Source: Akkermansiaceae bacterium (GTDB lineage: Bacteria; Verrucomicrobiota; Verrucomicrobiia; Verrucomicrobiales; Akkermansiaceae). From it: a DNA stretch of 64,000 nt. The notes below the pieces were generated by a model that was given only the letters and a program-made list of their open reading frames with translations, had not been told where the DNA came from and made no database searches. The stretch covers positions 704 to 64,703 of the forward strand of contig JAKMGP010000038.1 of assembly GCA_022424905.1 (NCBI GenBank), in the 5' to 3' direction. Position numbers and translations under genes: made by a program. Below are positions 57,174-64,000 of this stretch, piece by piece (position 1 is the first letter of the stretch; each line of letters opens with the position of its first letter).

Positions 57174-58093
57174 AATATTACACACTCGATCAACTTTCGA
57201 CCCTGAATAAAAACAGCAGGAAGCTCGCGCGTTTTGCAGTCATCGGTAACCCAGTTGAACATTCTCTGTCCCCGCAACTTCATCAGCCTGCTCTTGATGA
57301 TTTGGGGAGAGAGGCGCGCTATGTCCGCGTCGAGGTAAAAGCAAACCAGGTGGGTAAAGCATTCCAAGAACTTCATAGCGCAGGAATCCATGGGATCAAT
57401 GTAACTGTCCCTCATAAACTCGAAGCTCTTGAAGCTTGCGATCTTGTGGATCCCGTCGCCCAAATAATGGGTGCCGTTAATACCATCGTTTTTGATAAAG
57501 ACGGAAGCTGCAACGGCTTCAACACCGATGGACCTGGTTTTGCCAGAGCCATCCGCGAGGAATTCTCGGTCGACCTTGGCGATTTAAAAGTCATTATTAT
57601 AGGTGCTGGGGGTGGAGCGGGGCGAGCTATTGCCACTCAATGCGCTATCGAAAACTGTCCACAAGTAATCTTAGCGAACCGGACACTTGAGAAGCTTCAC
57701 CCTATGAAAGAGCAACTCTCAAAATTGATTGGTTCTGAGAACTTAAAAGGCCCGCGGGACCGGATTGAAATCATCGACCTTTTCAATCCTGCCCTCGAGG
57801 AAGCCATCGGGTCCAGCGAATTGATCATCAACACAACCTCGGTTGGCCTAAAGGCTACCGACCCATCACCCTTTCCCTCCCACTGGGTAGAACCTCATCA
57901 TCTGGTTTACGATACCATTTACAATCCCGAGCGCACCAGACTCCTCAGGGATTCGCGAGACCAAGGCGCACGAGTAGCCAATGGTCTTTCATTGCTCATT
58001 CACCAAGGCGCTCTATCGCTTGAGTATTGGCTGAATCAAGACATCCCTCTTGAGCTCATGAGAGAAGGCGTGAAAAACGCGCTCAAGGAGTGA
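57170..58093 (+). CDS. aroE: Shikimate dehydrogenase
   Basis: The ATG at 57170 forms an ATGA overlap with the gltX stop. Motifs GNPVEHSLSPQLH, INVTVPHK, NTD and GAGGGAGRAI (NADP loop). Confidence 0.85.
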   Translation: MKYYTLDQLSTLNKNSRKLARFAVIGNPVEHSLSPQLHQPALDDLGREARYVRVEVKANQVGKAFQELHSAGIHGINVTVPHKLEALEACDLVDPVAQIMGAVNTIVFDKDGSCNGFNTDGPGFARAIREEFSVDLGDLKVIIIGAGGGAGRAIATQCAIENCPQVILANRTLEKLHPMKEQLSKLIGSENLKGPRDRIEIIDLFNPALEEAIGSSELIINTTSVGLKATDPSPFPSHWVEPHHLVYDTIYNPERTRLLRDSRDQGARVANGLSLLIHQGALSLEYWLNQDIPLELMREGVKNALKE

Positions 58094-59240
58094 CCCAACC
58101 ATCATTCAAATACTCAACAATTTCGAACTGTCCCTCCGCCCCAATTTCGCCATCAAACTTTAGGCTTAGAGACACTTTTTGTTCCTGCAAAGGAGGGTCA
58201 TCAGATACAAAACTCCCATAATTTAGGAGCAGTCGCAAATCTCGATCAATAGCTTTTCCCCCTGGTCTATCCAAATTGACATAAGCAAAAATAAACTCAT
58301 CGAACAGCTCTCCTGTTAAAACGTATCCAGAATAATGGTCCATCCCAAAACTCTGGTCATATCCAGGTTCCTTTCCTACTCTGCAACGTAGAAAGGTTTG
58401 TTCTTGAGGTAACTCTATAGCCATCTGACTTACGCTCATTTCTGACCAACCGATACTGGCATCCCAATCGAGGACCAACTGATTTTTATTTCCTTGAACA
58501 AAAAACACTTCGAATGGATTTCCGTTTTCACGCTTTCCGGTCAGAGAAACATACCCCCTCTCTTTTGAACTACTTGAATTTGACGATCTTACTAGTCTGG
58601 CGGACCAAGAGAATTGTGACCAGGCATTGGTCAACAAGGAACTCCCCCAGTCATCAAAGTTGATAGTGGCATCACCCCGGAACGCAGAGTCACGTAATCT
58701 TTTATCGATTTCATCTAGTTGCTCCCTCTGATTGAGCATTCCGATTGTCTTCTTAGCCTCGTCAAGAATTGTAACCGAATCATCAAAGAACCAAGTTAAC
58801 GCATCATTTGCGAGAGGTTCCAGTTCCTCGTTACCCCCAAAAAAAGATAAGGGTCGATCCACCTTTTTGACGTCTTGGTTCGTCCAAATAGCAAGTCCCA
58901 CTACAACGGCTATCACCGAGGCTATGATACCAACGAGAACAATCCAAAGCCAACTCGTTGAACGTTTTTTCGTTCCCCACACCTCATCCAAAGGTCGGTC
59001 ATCTTCCTTCTTTCTCTTCAGGCGTCTGAGTTGCTCCGCTACATCGACTGGTCCGAAATCCTCATCCTCATCATGCATGCCGATAAGAAGCTCCTTAGCT
59101 TTCGCAAACAGCTTATTGGCTTCATCTTTGTCAGAGGAGCGTTCGGGTGTTGAGGAGCGTCTCTTGCGGACACGTCTCTTCTTTCGGACCATTCCATCTG
59201 GAATTGGCTCGTTGACCTTATTCTCATTAGCTTCACTCAT
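58083..59240 (-). CDS. Single-pass membrane protein, paralog of the upstream gene
   Basis: Basic N-terminal patch VRKKRRVRKRRS and one TM (WLWIVLVGIIASVIAVVVGLAIW). The extracytoplasmic domain of about 265 aa aligns by eye with that of ORF 59261-60580. Confidence 0.6.
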   Translation of the reverse strand: MSEANENKVNEPIPDGMVRKKRRVRKRRSSTPERSSDKDEANKLFAKAKELLIGMHDEDEDFGPVDVAEQLRRLKRKKEDDRPLDEVWGTKKRSTSWLWIVLVGIIASVIAVVVGLAIWTNQDVKKVDRPLSFFGGNEELEPLANDALTWFFDDSVTILDEAKKTIGMLNQREQLDEIDKRLRDSAFRGDATINFDDWGSSLLTNAWSQFSWSARLVRSSNSSSSKERGYVSLTGKRENGNPFEVFFVQGNKNQLVLDWDASIGWSEMSVSQMAIELPQEQTFLRCRVGKEPGYDQSFGMDHYSGYVLTGELFDEFIFAYVNLDRPGGKAIDRDLRLLLNYGSFVSDDPPLQEQKVSLSLKFDGEIGAEGQFEIVEYLNDGWVTP

Positions 59241-59260
59241 TTACCAACTCAATTTTATTG

Positions 59261-60580
59261 TTAGGTGTCCGAAGTTTCGGAGAGGCTTCTTAGCAGCTCT
59301 TTGGCATCTGCATCTTCCGTGCTTTGCCTCAACTTAATGATTCGCTCACCAAACCAGCCTGCTCCAATGATCTCCTTCAATTCTAAAACTTCCCCATCGC
59401 GCTTACTATCCTTCCACCCAAGCCGAACCGTAATTCTCATATAGGTCTCTGGATCCGGATCCAAAGCTCTTCCTAAAATCGATCCCATCGGATCCTTTTC
59501 TTCCTGATGATTATTCCAAAGCCGCATGAACTCTATCGCGAGATCGCTTTCCGCTAGAAGATCAATTTCAGGTGATTCAGTCCGTTTAAACTCTTTATTA
59601 CCCTCTTTGACATGTGGAGCTCTGTAAAAGCTTAGAGAAATTTTCTTCTTATCATCCGCAGTTCTTCGCTTTCTCACCAATAGGCGAAAGACACCCTCCT
59701 TCGAGCCTAACTGGTTGATAAACTTAGGCCACGACTCGGTGGAATATGGTCCGAAATTTTCCCAGTCGAGCTTCCATGTGCTTGTAGTGCGATCCAAGAT
59801 ATGGATCGCTCCCCATTGATACCCCTCGCTATCTCTCCAGATGGATTCGACTGCAAGCTCATCGCCCGGGAGCTTGAGGACGTTCACCCCGGTTTGAGTC
59901 AATCTCCCCGATGCCGGCGGAAAGGGGTTCTCCACATAAAAGTCACTAAAAGCCAGAGATAGGTCGGCCGAACGGTCTATAAACTGACCTTTCATATTTT
60001 CGGGCACCTTCATAAAACCCTTAAACTCCGTCTCAATTTTCTCACGGCTCGCATTTACAATCTGTTGATCCATGGGGTCTCGACTCCCCGCTTCTACCAG
60101 TGCCTTTGAAGCTTTAGAGGCACCAAACTTACCAGTCGCAAAAATCAACAAAACAACGACAACAACACACAGCCATGCTCCTAAAAATAACACGAGCCCT
60201 TTATTCTTTTCTTCCTTCTCACGCTTCTTCCTTCGCCGGACCCTCCTAGAACCATCAGACAGAATTGTCTCATCATCGCTCGAAACACCTGCGAGCTCAT
60301 CCCTTGCCTGATCTAGCGTTTTCACCGCCATCTTGGGGCTATCGATTACACCTACTGGCAGAACAGGCGCAGATTTTTTGGCCGTTAAATTCCGGATTAC
60401 TCCGCCAGCACCCCTCTCCCTATTGCCTCCCGGAATCTGAGTCTTGCTTTTTGACGAGCCACTGGTGTTCCCAAATTCATGTAGACACTCCCCACACGTA
60501 ACCCCTTCATGCAGCGGCCTATCACTTTTCACGACAGCCTGACATGAAGGACAAATAAAGACGCCTTTTCTCCCACTCAT
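59261..60580 (-). CDS. Zinc-ribbon single-pass membrane protein
   Basis: N-terminal CPSC..x14..CGEC zinc ribbon, basic patch RRVRRRKKREKEEK, one TM (LVLFLGAWLCVVVVVLLIFA) and an extracytoplasmic domain of about 290 aa. Confidence 0.6.
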   Translation of the reverse strand: MSGRKGVFICPSCQAVVKSDRPLHEGVTCGECLHEFGNTSGSSKSKTQIPGGNRERGAGGVIRNLTAKKSAPVLPVGVIDSPKMAVKTLDQARDELAGVSSDDETILSDGSRRVRRRKKREKEEKNKGLVLFLGAWLCVVVVVLLIFATGKFGASKASKALVEAGSRDPMDQQIVNASREKIETEFKGFMKVPENMKGQFIDRSADLSLAFSDFYVENPFPPASGRLTQTGVNVLKLPGDELAVESIWRDSEGYQWGAIHILDRTTSTWKLDWENFGPYSTESWPKFINQLGSKEGVFRLLVRKRRTADDKKKISLSFYRAPHVKEGNKEFKRTESPEIDLLAESDLAIEFMRLWNNHQEEKDPMGSILGRALDPDPETYMRITVRLGWKDSKRDGEVLELKEIIGAGWFGERIIKLRQSTEDADAKELLRSLSETSDT

Positions 60581-60621
60581 AAAACTTTAGAATGTAAGTG
60601 TGCGGGACCACATCCCTTCCG

Positions 60622-62382
60622 TCAATCTTGAGGATTTGAAAAAATAGCCTCCGTCGCCTGCTCAACTAACATAGCTGCCAACGATTCGGTCACAGCGTCC
60701 AATTGCTCCACTGAAACCTTCAACTCCGCGACTTTTCGATCTTCAATTGCTTTTTCCACCCGCTTTTTAGCGTCCTGAATTTCATTAATCTCTTTTTTTG
60801 TTAGAAGGGAGCCTGCCTGATCCAAAGCAACCCCAACGGCAGGAAGCAGCTCTTCAGCTTTGAGTCGGGACTCCTCAAAGACTCGTGCATTCATATCATC
60901 AAAAGCGAACTCGACACTCTCACTCACCATTTGCTCCACTTTAGTCTCCTGAACATCTACTGCCGCACTTCCGATTTTGACGACGGTATCGACCTTACTA
61001 GCGACATCCCGAGCCAAAACCGACAAGATTCCATCAGCATCGATTCGAAACTCAACTCCAACCCGTGCCTGGCCCCGCCGATCAGGCTCAAACCTCACCT
61101 CGAAAGACCCTAACTCCCAGTTATCCTTTGCTAGCTCTCTTTCCCCCTGTAAAACCCTAACCTTCATTGACTCCTGACCTTCTACCGCATTTGTAAACAT
61201 CTCACCTGCCTTGCAAGGAATCGTGGTATTTCTCGAAATTAACACATTCATTAATCCTCCCATCGTTTCGATCCCTAAACTAAGAGGAGTCACATCTAGT
61301 AAAAGAACTTCGCGAACGGTCCCTGCAAGAATTCCAGCCTGAATCGCCGCGCCACGCGCAATCGCCTCATCTGGATGCTGGCTCAAGTCTGGTTCTTGTT
61401 CAAAAATTGTCGCCACTCGATCCTTAACCATCGGTATCCGACTACTCCCTCCAACCATGACTACCGCCGCAAGATCTTTTCCCGTCACGCCTGCATCCAG
61501 CATCGCTCTCCGACAACATGCCTCCATCCGATCCAAAAAAGGTTTCATCAAACCTAAGAAAGCCTCCCGGGATAGCAGCACTTCCCCAGTGAAAGGAATT
61601 CTAAAAATCGCCTCCTCAGCCTCGCTAAGAGCTAACTTCACGCGGCAACCTTCAGATATCCACTGAACCCTCTCCATGGACTCGAAGTCCCGCAGATCAC
61701 GACCAAACTTACCTGCCGCGAATCCAGCGATCGCTTTATCAAAGTCATCTCCGCCCAAATCAGTGTCTCCAGAAGTCGAAGAAACCTCGAAAACTCCCTT
61801 CCTCATTTCCAAAACGGAGACATCAAAAGTTCCGCCGCCAAGGTCGAACACCGCAACGCGAGAGTTTTCATTTAGACGATCAAGTCCGTAGGAAAGAGCT
61901 GCTGCCGTAGGCTCACTGAGTATACGCACAACCTCCAAGCCAGCAAGCCGCCCCGCTTTTTTTGTCGCAGCCCGCTGCCCATCGTTAAAGTAAGCAGGAA
62001 CTGTTAAAACAGCCTTAGTCACCTCAGCTTCAAGACGATTCTCGGCGATCTCCTTGAGTCTTTTCAAAATCTCCCCTGACACCTCCTCAGGAAGCTTTGG
62101 TCCTGCGGCCGTACTGATATGCCCATCCGCGGTCAATCGGCCTTCGGATTCGCTAGCCCTCCTCCCGATTAAACTCTTCACACTCGTGTGGACTTCTTCA
62201 ATTCCGGCGAAGCGCAGAGCTTCATGTCCGACCCTAATCCCCCCCTTTTTCGAATACCAGACTGCACTGGGAACAAGTGAACGCCCCTCCAAATCCGCTA
62301 GCAAAAGAGGAAAGCCCGAGTCCACTACAGCGACAGCTGACTGGGTCGTGCCTAAATCAATTCCAATAATCACCTCACTCAT
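60622..62382 (-). CDS. hscA: Hsp70 family chaperone, HscA-like
   Basis: [27 protein letters not shown], the [14 protein letters not shown] linker, and a helical lid. At 586 aa it is shorter than DnaK. It lies downstream of the J-protein and iscA genes. Confidence 0.75.
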   Translation of the reverse strand: MSEVIIGIDLGTTQSAVAVVDSGFPLLLADLEGRSLVPSAVWYSKKGGIRVGHEALRFAGIEEVHTSVKSLIGRRASESEGRLTADGHISTAAGPKLPEEVSGEILKRLKEIAENRLEAEVTKAVLTVPAYFNDGQRAATKKAGRLAGLEVVRILSEPTAAALSYGLDRLNENSRVAVFDLGGGTFDVSVLEMRKGVFEVSSTSGDTDLGGDDFDKAIAGFAAGKFGRDLRDFESMERVQWISEGCRVKLALSEAEEAIFRIPFTGEVLLSREAFLGLMKPFLDRMEACCRRAMLDAGVTGKDLAAVVMVGGSSRIPMVKDRVATIFEQEPDLSQHPDEAIARGAAIQAGILAGTVREVLLLDVTPLSLGIETMGGLMNVLISRNTTIPCKAGEMFTNAVEGQESMKVRVLQGERELAKDNWELGSFEVRFEPDRRGQARVGVEFRIDADGILSVLARDVASKVDTVVKIGSAAVDVQETKVEQMVSESVEFAFDDMNARVFEESRLKAEELLPAVGVALDQAGSLLTKKEINEIQDAKKRVEKAIEDRKVAELKVSVEQLDAVTESLAAMLVEQATEAIFSNPQD

Positions 62383-62402
62383 GAGGACGAGTTAAGACCA
62401 AG

Positions 62403-62972
62403 TTACCCTCCGAGCAAGGCCTCAAAAAGCTTTCCGTTCGCTTCCTTCAGTTGTGCTGACCATTTCGTCAAAAAAATCAAACCCCGCGCAACTTCACCCA
62501 TCTCCACCTCACACTTACTCCACCCTCTCTCATCAAAAATCTTAAAACGCGCGATCATAGCTTTTTTTAACTCGTTCAAGTTGCTGATCCCCCCTTCTAG
62601 ATCGGCTTTTAATTTTGGAACACGTATATCTAAAACTGCCTTACCTAGACTACTCAGCGCATTCGATCGCTCGGATACAAAAGAATCAATATCCTGCAAA
62701 ACTGAGGCAACATTGGAAAAGGACCCCATCACTTCTGCCGGGATTTCTCCGCGCCCATCAAAGGAAAAGCCCTCACATTCAATTGCAGCCCGCACACGCT
62801 TTTCCGGAGATTTTAAAATTTCGCCCGCTGAACGAATTTCTAAAAACAGATTTTGATCCCCCCCGGCATCTGGATGATGAATTTGACTAGCATCCAAAAG
62901 TAGACGGTCGATATCCGAGCTTTTCAAATCGAGCTTTCGAGGAACGCCAAGCAAAGCGAATGGATTCGTCAT
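62403..62972 (-). CDS. hscB: J-domain co-chaperone, HscB-like
   Basis: NPFALLGVP...IHHPDAGG (HPD motif) plus a helical C-terminal domain. The ATG at 62972 forms an ATGA overlap with the iscA stop. The ORF track starts at 62999. Confidence 0.65.
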   Translation of the reverse strand: MTNPFALLGVPRKLDLKSSDIDRLLLDASQIHHPDAGGDQNLFLEIRSAGEILKSPEKRVRAAIECEGFSFDGRGEIPAEVMGSFSNVASVLQDIDSFVSERSNALSSLGKAVLDIRVPKLKADLEGGISNLNELKKAMIARFKIFDERGWSKCEVEMGEVARGLIFLTKWSAQLKEANGKLFEALLGG

Positions 62973-63325
62973 GCCGCAAAACTTTCGCCACAGGAGCAAG
63001 TCACTACTGCATTTGGGTTGCTAACCTTAAACCCGCCCTGCTGAAGATCATCGGAATAATCAAGCTCACTACCACTCACAAAAAGAGCACTCTTTGGATC
63101 AATCACCACGTTTACGCCATTACTTGAAACCATAATATCACGATCCCGTGGTCCATCTACCAAGTCCATTTGGTATTGAAGACCACTGCACCCCCCACCC
63201 ACAACAGCAATTCTCAGGGCACCCCCGTCCTTTCCCTGCTTTTTCCAGAGCCCACGCAGATGTTGCGAGGCGCCCCCCAAAACTTTAACCAACTTCTCGT
63301 TCCCTATGGTATAACCTGCCTTCAA
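62969..63325 (-). CDS. iscA: IscA/HesB-family iron-sulfur cluster insertion protein
   Basis: LRIAVVGGGCSGLQY and the C-terminal CSCGESF cysteine motif. TTG start according to the ORF track. Confidence 0.85.
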   Translation of the reverse strand: MKAGYTIGNEKLVKVLGGASQHLRGLWKKQGKDGGALRIAVVGGGCSGLQYQMDLVDGPRDRDIMVSSNGVNVVIDPKSALFVSGSELDYSDDLQQGGFKVSNPNAVVTCSCGESFAA

Positions 63326-63668
63326 AATCGTAACGGAGCTTAGCTAGCGATCGCTTCTTCGCAACTCCCGAAAACCTTTTCAATAACATTGTTCTCGAAA
63401 CTCTGATTCTAAACAGCTTTTCGTTTCGAATCCGCTCAGTTTTCCGAAGCGAGAGCTCATTGGGGAATTTCACCCCGCTAAGTGCCAACGAAACGTTGGC
63501 TTGGCAAACTCCGTTTAGCTGAGAGATGATCGCGGTATATCCACTTGGAAAACTGGGCTGGATCGTCGACTCAGGCGTCAGATCAGAGAGAGCAAGCCGA
63601 GGTGAACTAAAAAAAAACGGTTTCCATTTGCATTGAGGAACTTAACGATCGACTGTTACGAATCAACC

Positions 63669-64000
63669 ATGAGAGTTATTTGTCTAGCTTTTGCCACCTT
63701 TATCCCAGCACTGCTAAATGCGGAGACTATTTACACGATCCCACAAGGATACACTAAGGTGGTGATTGCTGCCGCAAGCTCTGATGTTGAACCAACTATT
63801 ACAGGGATTTCAGTGACTTTGTTAAATGATCTTGAGTTTGCTTCGTCTGCAACAATTAACAGTGATTATAGTGCTGGTCCTGCTAGTGGTGCGCAAACTC
63901 TAACGGTCACTGGACAAAATTGGTCTCAGGACCAATGGACGAGTCAACCACATCTCGCATACATCACCGACGCCGATGGGGCTGAAGAAGCTTTTTTGAT
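63669..64000 (+). CDS. Secreted protein of unknown function (5' partial, runs off the window)
   Basis: I translated this by hand from the ATG at 63669: MRVICLAFATFIPALLNAETIYTIPQGYTKVVIAAASSDVEPTITGISV... It has a signal-peptide-like start and stays open to base 64000. It is absent from the ORF track because no stop is reached. Confidence 0.6.
   Translation, partial: MRVICLAFATFIPALLNAETIYTIPQGYTKVVIAAASSDVEPTITGISVTLLNDLEFASSATINSDYSAGPASGAQTLTVTGQNWSQDQWTSQPHLAYITDADGAEEAFL

Noticed and set aside
58732-59337. A 201-aa plus-strand ORF across the boundary of the two membrane-protein genes.
   Set aside because: It is an antisense shadow ORF with a Ser-rich, low-complexity translation.
63285-63488. 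A 67-aa minus-strand ORF upstream of iscA.
   Set aside because: It overlaps the iscA start. The peptide is basic and low-complexity with no motif, so the region is more likely leader or promoter.
63515-63530. A CUGAGA box (gctgagag) suggesting a TPP riboswitch.
   Set aside because: The other conserved THI-box elements (the ACCC pairing and the CCUGAUCUGGAUAAUGCCAGCG-like arm) are absent.
63560-63600. A possible SRP (4.5S) RNA helix-8-like motif (gtcagatcagagagagcaagcc compared with GUCAGGUCCGGAAGGAAGCAGCC).
   Set aside because: There is no GNAR tetraloop closed by a stable stem, and no complementary 3' strand forming the long SRP hairpin. The resemblance is superficial.
1-64000. I searched by eye for CRISPR arrays, IS elements or transposases, integrases, prophage blocks, toxin-antitoxin pairs and reverse transcriptases.
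   Set aside because: I saw no regularly spaced direct repeats and no ORF with recombinase, transposase or RT motifs. The tRNA-Phe at 44151-44226 has no adjacent integrase or direct repeat of its 3' end.

Overview
This is a dense chromosomal window of about 50 genes on both strands. I saw no rRNA, CRISPR array, transposase, integrase or prophage signature. By inference, the gene content points to the PVC superphylum, most likely Verrucomicrobiota. The supporting genes are a PSCyt1/DUF1549/DUF1553 giant protein paired with a Tat-exported DUF1501 protein, a PVC-type dehydrogenase/HEAT/cytochrome c protein, and a MoxR-DUF58-BatA-like VWA operon. Recognisable housekeeping genes are tatC, yicC, a SEDS (rodA-like) gene, Mg-type hemB, an addB/addA-like helicase-nuclease pair, rimO, lnt, a phosphosugar mutase, tRNA-Phe(GAA), zwf-opcA with divergent tal, proA, a DAACS symporter, an LptF/G permease, dusB, gltX, aroE and iscA-hscB-hscA. 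Most of the window looks like core genome. The best candidates for something undescribed are listed here. (1) The iscA / J-protein / Hsp70 operon (58083-63325) has no iscS/iscU/fdx and ends in two paralogous single-pass membrane proteins, one with a zinc ribbon. (2) An orphan ClpX paralog (30858-32453) lacks the zinc-binding domain, keeps the GYVG and IGF loops, and carries a C-terminal extension. (3) An orphan CHASE2-like sensor (37468-38658) has no output domain. (4) A TatC carries a large loop insertion and a His/Asp-rich tail. All functional calls come from motif recognition by eye on the supplied translations. No database search was run.
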